Shown piece after piece: positions 43,143 through 52,614 of a DNA stretch of 64,000 nucleotides (positions are counted from its first letter, which is position 1; each line of letters begins with the position of its first letter). Below the pieces are notes generated by a model that was not told the origin of the DNA, searched no databases, and saw only the letters and a list, made by a program, of their open reading frames with translations. The position numbers and the translations under genes are program-made. Source of the DNA: an uncultured delta proteobacterium (GTDB lineage Bacteria; Myxococcota_A; Polyangia; Fen-1088). The stretch lies in contig CAWCMR010000008.1 in assembly GCA_963796685.1 (NCBI GenBank), positions 224,001 to 288,000 of the forward strand, written 5' to 3'.

Positions 43143-46067
43143 ATGCATTCGTCCCCCCTTGTGTTTTCGTTTCTCGCCCTGGGCTTGCCCGTGCTGTTGG
43201 CGCCCGCGGCCGAGGGCGCCGTTCCCGACATCGCATTCGAGCAGTACCGTCTGCCGAACGGGCTCGACGTCATCCTGCACGTCGAGCACCGGGTGCCCAT
43301 CGTGCACGTCGAGGTCTGGTACAAGGTCGGCTCGAAAGACGAGGTCGCGGGAAAGACCGGCTTCGCCCACCTGTTCGAGCACATGATGTTCCAGGGCACC
43401 AAGCACATCCCCGAAGACGCCTACTTCAAGTATCTGTCGCAGGCCGGGGCCTCGGCGCGCAACGGATCCACGACCATGGATCGCACGAACTACTTCGAGA
43501 CCCTGCCCGCCTCGCAACTCGAGCTCGGCCTGTGGCTGGAAAGCTCGCGCATGGGCTTCTTACTCGAACGAGATGGGAACCCTGACAGGGTTCCCATACC
43601 CTCCCGCGACGCTTCGCTGCCGGCCAAGCCGGCAGGCTCCGCACGCGATCGTCCGTCGTTCCAGGAGACCTTTGCCAACCAGCGCGACGTGGTCAAGAAC
43701 GAGCGACGCCAGCGGGTAGAGAACGTCCCGCTGGGCGCGGTCTCGCACCTGGAGCTTGAAACCCTGTTCCCGGCGGGACACCCGTATCGCCACGAGGTGA
43801 TCGGCTCGATGGAGGACTTGGACGCGGCCAGCGTGACCGATCTGAAGGACTTCTACAATCGCTACTATGCGCCGGGCAACGCGGTTCTGCTCATCGCCGG
43901 CGACATCGATACGGCCATCACCAAGGGCCTCATCGAAAAGTACTTCGGCCCCATCGCCGCCGGCCCCCCCATCAAGCGCGTCCCCGTACCGCCAATCCCG
44001 GCGCCGCGGGCCGAGCGCAGGTTGGCCATGGAGGCCAACATCAACTTGCCGCGTGGACAGATGGTGTGGAACACCGTGCCCGTGTTCGCACCTGGCGATG
44101 CCGAGCTCGACCTCGTCGCCAACATTCTCGGCGAGGGCCACAGCTCGCGCCTGTACCGGCGCCTGGTCCACGATCTCAAGATCGCGCAGTCGGTGTCGGT
44201 CCATCACGGCAGCAGGTTGTATGAGGGTGCCTTCGTGATCGACTACAGCGCCATGCGCGGCCATTCGCTGGCCGAGATCGAAAAGGTCATCGACGAGGAG
44301 CTCGACAGGCTGCGCGCGCAGCCGCCCACGAGCGAGGAGATCGAACGCGCCAGGAACCAAATCAAGACCGACCTGCTGAGGAGCATGGAGCCGCTCTCCG
44401 GCCTGGCCACGAGACTTCTGTACTACGCCGTGTTCGCCGGCGATCCCGGATACCTGCGCCGGGATCTCGAACGCTACGACGCCGCGACGCCGGAAACCCT
44501 CGGCACCTGGTTGAGGAAGATCCTGGGCAAGAACGCGCGCGTCGTCGTCACGGTGGCGCCCAACCCCAAAGCGCCCATCATGGGCCGCCTGGTCAAGCCG
44601 TTGTCGTCCCCCGCGACGACGATGGCCGCCGCCATCGACGCAGGAGTGACGGACAAAACGCCATCGGCAAAAATCGCGGCACGCAACTCGCCGGATGCCG
44701 CCTTCCGCGCCACCCTACCCGCGCCAGGGGAAAGGCATCCCTTCCATGTGCCCTCGGTGAAGAGGTTTCGTCTCAAGAATGGCCTGCCCGTCATCCTGGC
44801 CGAGTCGCACAAGCTGCCGCTCGTAAGCGTGGATCTGGTCCTGAAGACGGGTAGCAGCGCCAACCCCAAGGACAAGGCCGGCCTGGCGGCACTGGTGGCG
44901 AGCATGCTCGACGAGGGAACCAAGAAGCGCACGGCGTCCCAGATCGCGAACGAAGTGGCGCAGCTCGGTGCCAGCCTCTACGCGCACACCACCTGGGACG
45001 CGACCGCGGTTTCGCTCTCGGTGCTGGCCGAGAATCTGGAGCGAGCCCTACCCGTCTGGGCCGATGTCCTTCTCGACCCCGCCTTCAACCAGGAAGACCT
45101 CGAACGCGTCGCCGACAACCTGCTTTCCTCGCTGTCCCAGCGCAAGGACTACCCACCCGTGGTCGCCGGCCAAGTCTACGCGCGCGCCCTGTGGGGCGAC
45201 GGCCATCCTTTCGGCTGGCCGGACGCGGGCACCCAAGATTCCATCAAGAAGCTCGGCCCGGCCGACCTGAGGCACTTCTATGACACCTACTACGCGCCCA
45301 ACAACGCCGTGCTGGTGGTGTCCGGCGACATCACGGAAAAGCAGATCCACGCCAAGATCGAGCCGCTGCTGGCCGGCTGGAAAGCCAAGAAGCTCGGAAC
45401 CATCAAACTTCCCCACGTCCTGGCCTCCCCAGAGCCACGCATCGTTCTCGTCGACAAGCCGGGCGCGCCACAATCGTCCATCCGCATCGGCCTGCCCGGC
45501 ATCGAACGCAAGAACCCCGACTACTACCGGGCCCTGGTGACGAACCAGATCCTGGGCGGCACGTTCAAGCGACTGACCATGAACCTGCGCGAAACCAAGG
45601 GCTGGACCTACGGCGTCACCTCGCAGTTCGATGCCCGGCGCGCCCAGGGGCCGTGGACCGTCAGCGGCGAGTTCGTGGCCGCGCACACCGCCGACGCCGT
45701 GGCGGAGATTCTCAAGGAGATCGAGCGGCTGCGCACGGATGACGTCACCGACAAGGAGCTGGCCGAAACCAAGGACGAGATCGTCGGTGCCTTTCCGGCG
45801 CGCTTCGCCACCGCGGGCCAGCTTGCCTCGCAGATGGCCGCGCTGGCGGTCTACGCTTTGCCGCCCACCGAGCTCGATGGCTTGGCGGCCAAGATTGCGG
45901 CGGTGAACAAGGACCAGGTGCGCCAGACGGCGCGCAAGTACTTCCGCCCCGACAACCTTCTCATCGTCGTGGTCGGCGATCGCACCGGCAACGAGGCCGC
46001 CTTGCGCAGGATCGCCGTGGTCGAACACCGCGATCTCGACGGCAACCTCATCGAGACCAACAAGTGA
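43143..46067 (+). CDS. M16 (pitrilysin/PqqL-like) zinc protease, two-module form
   Basis: Signal peptide, LPNGL, GFAHLFEHMMF (HxxEH), YYAPGNA; the second half lacks HxxEH and has LRETKGWTYG. Confidence 0.93.
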   Translation: MHSSPLVFSFLALGLPVLLAPAAEGAVPDIAFEQYRLPNGLDVILHVEHRVPIVHVEVWYKVGSKDEVAGKTGFAHLFEHMMFQGTKHIPEDAYFKYLSQAGASARNGSTTMDRTNYFETLPASQLELGLWLESSRMGFLLERDGNPDRVPIPSRDASLPAKPAGSARDRPSFQETFANQRDVVKNERRQRVENVPLGAVSHLELETLFPAGHPYRHEVIGSMEDLDAASVTDLKDFYNRYYAPGNAVLLIAGDIDTAITKGLIEKYFGPIAAGPPIKRVPVPPIPAPRAERRLAMEANINLPRGQMVWNTVPVFAPGDAELDLVANILGEGHSSRLYRRLVHDLKIAQSVSVHHGSRLYEGAFVIDYSAMRGHSLAEIEKVIDEELDRLRAQPPTSEEIERARNQIKTDLLRSMEPLSGLATRLLYYAVFAGDPGYLRRDLERYDAATPETLGTWLRKILGKNARVVVTVAPNPKAPIMGRLVKPLSSPATTMAAAIDAGVTDKTPSAKIAARNSPDAAFRATLPAPGERHPFHVPSVKRFRLKNGLPVILAESHKLPLVSVDLVLKTGSSANPKDKAGLAALVASMLDEGTKKRTASQIANEVAQLGASLYAHTTWDATAVSLSVLAENLERALPVWADVLLDPAFNQEDLERVADNLLSSLSQRKDYPPVVAGQVYARALWGDGHPFGWPDAGTQDSIKKLGPADLRHFYDTYYAPNNAVLVVSGDITEKQIHAKIEPLLAGWKAKKLGTIKLPHVLASPEPRIVLVDKPGAPQSSIRIGLPGIERKNPDYYRALVTNQILGGTFKRLTMNLRETKGWTYGVTSQFDARRAQGPWTVSGEFVAAHTADAVAEILKEIERLRTDDVTDKELAETKDEIVGAFPARFATAGQLASQMAALAVYALPPTELDGLAAKIAAVNKDQVRQTARKYFRPDNLLIVVVGDRTGNEAALRRIAVVEHRDLDGNLIETNK
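43572..43649 (+). repeat. Palindromic REP/RPE-like element, in-frame inside the M16 protease
   Basis: ATGGGAACCCT-GAC-AGGGTTCCCAT-ACCCTC, then CTGCCGGC-CAA-GCCGGCAG-GCTCCGCACGCGAT; related copies at 55851 and 55976. Confidence 0.85.
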
Positions 46068-47512
46068 AGTCGTTTCGGGAGCTGCGCGAAGAGCGCCTCG
46101 CGGCCGAACGAGGGACGATCTTCGCGCAGGCCGATCTGGCCATCGCGCTCGTCTACCCGAGCCCGTACCACATCGGCATGTCCTCGCTGGGATACCAGAC
46201 CATCTACCGCGAGCTCAACGCCTTGCCGGGCGTTACCGCCGAGCGCGCCTTCCTGCCCGACGACGTGGCCGACGCCCGCTCCCGGCGCGAGAGCCTGTGC
46301 ACCTACGAATCGAACCGTCCCCTCGCCGATTTTCCCATCGTTGCGTTTTCGCTCAGCTACGAGCTGGAGCTTGCCGGACTGGCGCACTGCCTGGACCTGG
46401 CCGGCATCCCGGCCCTGGCCGCCGAGCGGGACGTGCCCGGCCGCCGCTGGCCCTTGGTCGTCGTGGGCGGCCCCTTGACCTTCTCCAATCCCGTGCCGGC
46501 CGGCCCCATGGCCGATGTCATCGTGATGGGCGAGGCGGAAGAGGCGGTGGCGACACTGGTGCAAGCCTTCCGCGACAGTCCCGACAAGCGCGCCTTGCTC
46601 GAAACCCTGGCCAAGCGGCCCGGTTTCTTCGTACCGGTCATCCACGGCGAGCTGCCACGCCCCGTGCTGGCCGCGAGCAATGCCCGCTTGCCCGCGTTCT
46701 CACAGATCGTCACGCCCAACACCGAGCTCTCCGACATGTTTCTCATCGAGGCCGCGCGCGGCTGCAGCCGCACCTGCACCTACTGCGTGATGCGCAGGTC
46801 GACCAACGGCGGCATGCGCAAGGTCGAGCTCGACCAGATCCTGTCCAAGATCCCCGAGCATGCCCGGCGCGTGGGACTGGTGGGCGCCGCGGTCACGGAT
46901 CACCCTCGCCTGCCTGCCATTCTACGCGCGCTCATCGATTCGGGCCGCTCCATCGGCGTGTCCAGCCTGCGCGCCGACCGGCTCACCGACGAGCTGGTCG
47001 GCTTGCTGGCCGCCGGCGGCTACCGCACCCTGACCACCGCCTCCGATGGCGCCTCCCAACACATGCGCGACGAAATCCGGCGCGGCACCAGCGAGGAGAA
47101 CCTGCGCAACGCCGCCCGACTATGCCGCGCGCACGGCATGACCGCGCTCAAGCTCTACATGGTGCTGGGATTGCCTGGCGAGACCATGTCCGACGTGGAC
47201 GAGCTCGTCCGTTTCGCCCTCGAGCTATCCGAGCTCGCGCCCCGGCTGATCATCACCATCGCCTCCTTCGTGGCCAAGCGAAACACACCCCTCGATCGTT
47301 CGCCCTTCGAGGACATCGCCGTCCTGGAGTCCAAGCTCGGTCGCCTGCGCGCGGCCCTGCGCGGCCGCGTGAAGCTGGTCGGCGAATCGCCCAAGTGGGC
47401 CTGGGTCGAATACCGGCTGGCCCAGGGCGGTTTCGCCGAGGGCATGGCCGCTCTGGCAGCCGCCCGCGCGGGAGGCAGCTACGCGGCGTGGAGGACCGCC
47501 CTGCGGACGTGA
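46064..47512 (+). CDS. Radical SAM protein
   Basis: YPSPYHIGMSSLGYQ, IEAARGCSRTCTYC (CxxxCxxC), SSLRAD, LKLYMVLGLPGET; GTGA-coupled to the M16 gene. Confidence 0.9.
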   Translation: MKSFRELREERLAAERGTIFAQADLAIALVYPSPYHIGMSSLGYQTIYRELNALPGVTAERAFLPDDVADARSRRESLCTYESNRPLADFPIVAFSLSYELELAGLAHCLDLAGIPALAAERDVPGRRWPLVVVGGPLTFSNPVPAGPMADVIVMGEAEEAVATLVQAFRDSPDKRALLETLAKRPGFFVPVIHGELPRPVLAASNARLPAFSQIVTPNTELSDMFLIEAARGCSRTCTYCVMRRSTNGGMRKVELDQILSKIPEHARRVGLVGAAVTDHPRLPAILRALIDSGRSIGVSSLRADRLTDELVGLLAAGGYRTLTTASDGASQHMRDEIRRGTSEENLRNAARLCRAHGMTALKLYMVLGLPGETMSDVDELVRFALELSELAPRLIITIASFVAKRNTPLDRSPFEDIAVLESKLGRLRAALRGRVKLVGESPKWAWVEYRLAQGGFAEGMAALAAARAGGSYAAWRTALRT

Positions 47513-47565
47513 GGCCATAAACTGCAATCCATGATACAAGGGATCTCTCGCAATTGGAGGCTTTG

Positions 47566-48591
47566 ATGCGTGCATGGGTTCGACCGTTCGCTGTATCGTC
47601 TTTGCTCTTGGCCGGCGTGCTGGCGCCATGCGCGGCGCACGCACAAGCCGACCCGAATCAGCCAAACCAAGCCCAGCCCGGCGATCAACAGCCCCAACCA
47701 CCCCAGCAGCCTGAGCCTCAGCCTGGTTACCAGCAGCCCCAGCCACAACCTGGTTACCAGCAGCCGCAACAGCAGCCTGGCTACCAGCAGTATCCGCAGC
47801 CGCAGCCTGGCTACCAGCAGCCCCAGGGATATCCCTATCAACAGCAGGGGTATCCGCAGCAGGGCTATCAGCAACCACAACCCGGCTATCAGCAGCCGTA
47901 CCCGCAGCAAGGCTACCAGCAGCCGCCTGGCTATCCTCCGGCCCAGGGATACGCCCCGCAAGGCAACCCACCGCCGCCCGGCTACTACGCGCCCGCGCCT
48001 CGGCCCGCCTACGGCCCCCCACCCGGCTACGGCCCACCCCCGAGCTACGCGCCCCCGCCCGTCGAGCCGGCCTTTCGCCGTGGTTTTCTCTGGATGCCGT
48101 ACATCGGTGTCAACGTGCCGGTGGGCGACACCTCGAAGGGTGTTTCGACCGGTCTGCGCCTGGGTGGGCTTTTCGGTTTCAACGCCAGTCCTTTCCTGTC
48201 GCTCAACGGCGAGCTGACGATCGACGTCCTCAACCTCGACAGCTCGATGGGAACGAGCGCATCGGGGGCGGAAGTGGATTTTGCCTTCAGTCCGCTATTC
48301 CACATCGACCTCCCGGCCCTCGAGCTCGTCGTGGGGCCCAAGCTCGGGTTCTTCGCGATGTCCGCAACCTTCAGCGAAAGCGGATACCCGGACACGACGC
48401 TGAGCGGGAGCGGGCTTGCCTACGGATTCAACGCAGGTGTCTTCATCCCCCTCGGCCACATCGCCATCGGCGGTCTTTTCAATTTCACGGGTCGCAGCTA
48501 CTTCAGCTCCTGTCTGAACGATGTCTGCGGCGACGCATCCGGCGGCTCGGACGACAAGTTCTTCGGCTTCTCCGGCGCCCTGATGTACTGA
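47566..48591 (+). CDS. Exported protein with a Gln/Pro/Tyr-rich repeat region and a C-terminal outer-membrane beta-barrel-like domain
   Basis: GGAGG RBS, signal peptide ending AHA, PGYQQP repeats, alternating beta strands and a terminal aromatic residue (GFSGALMY). Confidence 0.75.
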   Translation: MRAWVRPFAVSSLLLAGVLAPCAAHAQADPNQPNQAQPGDQQPQPPQQPEPQPGYQQPQPQPGYQQPQQQPGYQQYPQPQPGYQQPQGYPYQQQGYPQQGYQQPQPGYQQPYPQQGYQQPPGYPPAQGYAPQGNPPPPGYYAPAPRPAYGPPPGYGPPPSYAPPPVEPAFRRGFLWMPYIGVNVPVGDTSKGVSTGLRLGGLFGFNASPFLSLNGELTIDVLNLDSSMGTSASGAEVDFAFSPLFHIDLPALELVVGPKLGFFAMSATFSESGYPDTTLSGSGLAYGFNAGVFIPLGHIAIGGLFNFTGRSYFSSCLNDVCGDASGGSDDKFFGFSGALMY

Positions 48592-48592
48592 C

Positions 48593-48758
48593 CTAGGAGG
48601 CTGGTGTTAAACAGCTCCCGTCGCTTGGCGGGCTGCGGGCCCCGCCCGCTTCGTTGCTCGTCGGTTGAATACGTCCAGTATTCGCCCTCCTCGCGCCTCG
48701 CGGCCGGGGCTCCTCGCTCCGCCAGGACTCGGTCCGCCGTTTAACATCAGTCTCCTAG
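48593..48758. mobile_element. MITE-like element, 158 bp between two CTAG flanks
   Basis: CCTAGGAGGCTGGTGTTAAAC ... GTTTAACATCAGTCTCCTAGG, a 19/21 inverted match; internal hairpin GAATAC-gtcca-GTATTC; no credible ORF. Confidence 0.8.
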
Positions 48759-49202
48759 GCCATGGTGCAGTCGCAGTTTACGGACTGCACTGCGAGGTCC
48801 ACCGTGCGAGGTGGGCGGATCGACCTGAGCTATCTCGCCGATATCGTTGTCGAACCCGAAAAAACGGCGCATGCGCCGCACGCGCAGTTGCCGCCTCACC
48901 GTCCGCACGGCGATGGTGGCCAGCCAACCCTTGATCGCCCCCGGCTGGCGCAGCCGCCCAATGCCACGCGCGGCCTCCACGAACACGTCTTGCACGAGAT
49001 CGTCGACCTCGTGGCTGCGGCCATCGAGCCGCAAGACCACCGCCGCCACATACCGGCAGTAGCGACGATAGACCTCGTCGAGAGACGAGCCCTGCTCCTC
49101 GGAATCGACGAGTCTCAGGACGACTTCGCTGGAACGTTCGGGCTTGGCCAATGTAGACTCTGAGTGTGCCACAACGGGAAAGCGGCTCACCCACTTCGCC
49201 AT
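48747..49202 (-). pseudogene. Truncated ECF sigma factor (region 2 only)
   Basis: LDEVYRRYCRYVAAVVLRL...VDDLVQDVFVEA..IKGWLATIAVR; region 4 is absent and the stop codon lies inside the MITE end. Confidence 0.75.
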
Positions 49203-49239
49203 TTTCCCCGAAACGCGCGGCACGCAGAGGCACGTTTCC

Positions 49240-50827
49240 ATGAAGACAGGCAATTCTCTCAGGGACCTTCTCTTGACCGCGCCGCTGGCCATGGCGATCT
49301 TGTCGATCGCGTGTGCCGGACCAAGCGGCGGCAGCGGCGGCAGCGGAGACGGGGGATCGAGCGGCGGCGGCAACTCGGGCACAGGCGGCGGATCGAGCCA
49401 GGGAGGCTCATCGGGCTCAGGCGGCACCGCCAGCTCGGGCGGAACGAGCACCTCGGGTGGCTCATCCGGCTCGGGCGGCACAAGCTCGAGTGGCGGCTCC
49501 AGCGCTCCCGATGCTTCCATTTCCTCGGGTGGTACCTCGGGTTCGGGCGGCAACGCCGGCGCCGGCGGTGCGTCCAATGCCGGAGGTTCGCACTCTGGTG
49601 GTGCGGGTGGCGGCGGAGGAGGTGCCTCGGGTGGTGCATCAGGTGGGGCGTCAGGTGGAATGACAGGCAGCGGTGGCACCACGACAACCGGCGGAACGTC
49701 CGGTCCTCCCCCCGTGAGCTACCAGCTTCCGCCGCCTGATCGATGTCACGACCAGGACTTCATCCCGTATGACTACAACGCCAAGACGGGCTGCAAAGAC
49801 GGTGACGCCACCAGCGACTGTGGCGGGAAATGCACGGTCGCCAACGCTGTGCACCGATCCCCCCGGCAGCAAGAACGGCGACTACACCTTCATGTGCCAA
49901 CGCAACCAGCTCTTCAGCCCCGAGATGGAGCAAGCCGCGATCGACGACGGCAACACCGGCTTCCACTACGCCGTGGTCGGACACGACGTGGGCGATCCAG
50001 GGGGAATCGACGGCACCGCCCAGAGCGCCTGCTGCCAGTGCTACCAGTTGGTCTACGCCTACCCCAGCCCCAGCAACGACAGGCAGGCGCAGCTCAATCC
50101 CGACAATCCCAATCCCCCGGCCTCGGGCGTGCAAGTTCCACCGCCCATCATCGCGCAGGCCTTCAACACCGGCGCCACGCCGACGACGTTCGACGTGTAC
50201 ATGCCGGCCGGTGGGCTCGGTGCCAACAACGCCTGCGCCCAGGTCGCCGGGGCCAAGTCGCAGTCGGGTCTCTACATGTACACCAGCTACCCCGCCGATG
50301 GTCAGCCGAGCCAGGGCGGCGTGAAGCCGGCAAGTCTCTATTCCGAGTGCAAGACCGCCGTGAATTGGGTGACCACCGCGACCATCAGCTCGTCGGCCTG
50401 CCAACAAAAGACCGCCGACGCGTGCGACAAGATCGCCTCGGACATCCCGGGCCTGACCCAGCAAGCGCAGAGCGGTTGCATCAAATCCAACAGCATCGAC
50501 ACGCTTTACCACCTCAACTGGTCGGTGTACGTGGCCAAAGTCGAGTGCCCCGAGAACCTCACGCGCGTCACCGGCTGCAAGCTGGCGCCGCAAGGCTTGC
50601 CCGCCGTGAAGAAGGACGTGACCACCGCGGCCCAGGCCGCCAAGGATCCGGACTTCCGGACCAAGACCGGCGGCGGCAGCAACCCGTACGAAACCACCAC
50701 GATGGAGGACTGCTGCCGTCCTTCCTGCTCCTCCATCACCTGGACCCAGCAAAAGGGGCTGACGACGGATCCCGAATACCGGGCTTTCTACCTGTGCGAT
50801 GCCAAGGGCGTGCCCTACACGCAGTAG
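49240..50827 (+). CDS. Lipoprotein with a Gly/Ser linker and a circularly permuted GH45-like domain, frameshift at about 49845
   Basis: Lipobox SIAC; ACCQCYQL, AQAFNTG, TFDVYMPAGGLG..C, VECPENLTRVTGC, followed by TTTMEDCCRPSCS. Confidence 0.7.
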
Positions 50828-50977
50828 CTCAGTTCGTCTTGGTCAGGAGGTCCAACCTGCACATCGGACCCAACGAACTCGACAGGTGCCCCGATGTGAT
50901 CTTTGATACTCGACGGCCCCAACGCCAGCATCCACGTCGGTGTGGATGCTGTAAACTGTTCATCAGGAGACATCGAG

Positions 50978-51943
50978 ATGTTCATCAAGTACCTGCCCAT
51001 GGCGATCGCCCTTGGGGCAATCGGATGCAGCAACGACAATTCGCAGTCCGTGGGCGGGGGCACCAGCGGAAACAATGGCAACGGTGGTGGTGGCGGGGTC
51101 ATCATCCCCATCAGCGGCACGGGGAGCGGCGGCAGCGGCGGCGGAACGGGAGTCTCCGTCGATCCGGCTGGGGAGCTCACCATCGTGGTCCGCGACTTCA
51201 AGTTCTGGGACGCGAACGATCCCCAGCACACGAACCCCGACTTCGAAAACGTGCCAGCCACGGATGGCAGCGGCAACCCCGTTCCCGCCAATACCTACTG
51301 GGGAGATTGGGACGACCGGGACATCGTCACGAACACGCTCGGCTCGGATTTCAAGCCGGTGTACAGCAGCGCATCGGGCACCACCCTTACCACCCACGGC
51401 AAAGCAGCTTTCGACCAGTGGTTCAATACCGTCGATGGGACCAACATCATGAAAGAGATCCCGATGACACTCACCAAGCAGGCCGACGGAACATTCCAGT
51501 ACTGGAGCGAGACCGCTGGCCCACCCCTCAGCCCGAACGGCGGGTTCTTTCCCATCGACGACGGAACGCCGTACGCGACCCCGTTCGGGAACCAGGGTGA
51601 GGATGGCAACGGCGTGAGTCACAACTTCTCGTTCACGGTCGAGATCCACACCGTGTTCACCTACACCGGCGGCGAAAAATTCACCTTCAAGGGCGACGAC
51701 GACGTGTTCGTGTATATCAACAATAGGCTCGTCATCAATCGCGGTGGCATCCATGGGGCGGAAGAGCAAACCGCAGAGCTGGACTCACTCAAGGTGTTCG
51801 GTACCGGGGAGACCATCACGCTCACCAAGGGCAACACCTATCCGCTCGACTTTTTCTACGCCGAGCGCCATGTGGTCGCGTCCGACCTCAAGATCACCAC
51901 CGCGCTTGGCCTCACCACCAACACGGACATTCCGATCTTCTGA
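50978..51943 (+). CDS. Fibro-slime domain lipoprotein
   Basis: AGGAG RBS, lipobox AIGC, VRDF..NPDFE, FDQWF, FFPID, HNFSFTVEIHT..GDDDVFVYIN..GGIH..FYAERH. Confidence 0.9.
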   Translation: MFIKYLPMAIALGAIGCSNDNSQSVGGGTSGNNGNGGGGGVIIPISGTGSGGSGGGTGVSVDPAGELTIVVRDFKFWDANDPQHTNPDFENVPATDGSGNPVPANTYWGDWDDRDIVTNTLGSDFKPVYSSASGTTLTTHGKAAFDQWFNTVDGTNIMKEIPMTLTKQADGTFQYWSETAGPPLSPNGGFFPIDDGTPYATPFGNQGEDGNGVSHNFSFTVEIHTVFTYTGGEKFTFKGDDDVFVYINNRLVINRGGIHGAEEQTAELDSLKVFGTGETITLTKGNTYPLDFFYAERHVVASDLKITTALGLTTNTDIPIF

Positions 51944-51974
51944 TTTCCTCGCCTGCGCGTGCGCGGGAAGACGC

Positions 51975-52529
51975 TCACATCGTGCGCACGTCGACCGAGC
52001 GCATGCCGGCCCGGCTGGCGGCCTCGAGGCCGAGCTCGGTGTCCTCGTAGACCGTGCATGCCGCGGGCGCCACGCCGAGGCGCCGGGCAGCCTCCAAGAA
52101 CACATCGGGCTCGGGCTTGTGCCGGGTAGTGTCCTCGGCGGCCACGATGACAGGGAACCAATCCAGGATCCCGATCTGACGCAGGGTCTGCTCGACCATG
52201 TAGCGGTGGCCGCCCGAGGCCACGGCCATGGGCACCGTGCCGCGAGCGCGGCGGGCGACCTCGACGACTTTCTCGATGGGACGAATCTCGTCGAGCTTCT
52301 CCATGAACGCCGCCTCCTTCTGCCGAGTCAGGACCTCGATATCGGGAGCTTTGCCGACCTCGGAGAAAAGCCGCTCCAGGATCTTCCCTGTCGGCATTCC
52401 GCCCAGGGAGTAGAAGCGCGCCTCGGGGAACGGGATGCCGTAGGGGCGCAGGATCTCGACCCAGGCACGGTAGTGCGCGGGCATGGTGTCGGCCAGGGTT
52501 CCATCGCAGTCGAAGATGAGGGCGCTCAC
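51975..52529 (-). CDS. HAD-family phosphatase (beta-PGM/YqaB-like)
   Basis: IFDCDGTLADT, ASGG, KPEPD, YEDT..GLEAA. Confidence 0.92.
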   Translation of the reverse strand: MSALIFDCDGTLADTMPAHYRAWVEILRPYGIPFPEARFYSLGGMPTGKILERLFSEVGKAPDIEVLTRQKEAAFMEKLDEIRPIEKVVEVARRARGTVPMAVASGGHRYMVEQTLRQIGILDWFPVIVAAEDTTRHKPEPDVFLEAARRLGVAPAACTVYEDTELGLEAASRAGMRSVDVRTM

Positions 52530-52614
52530 TGCGCCTGTTCATAGCAAAGCCGTGGCCAACTTGGCACAAGAGAGAGCACAGAGAAGACCAGAGGGCGCGG
52601 AGCGCCGCCCCTCA

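Noticed and set aside
49320-49705. Gly/Ser-rich low-complexity tracts (also at 1-300 and near 29430, 38480 and 51050)
   Set aside because: These are common myxobacterial lipoprotein linkers and are not novel by themselves.
49144-51600. 818-aa ORF spanning two genes
   Set aside because: Only the N-terminal part is real; after the frameshift at about 49845 it reads an off-frame shadow.
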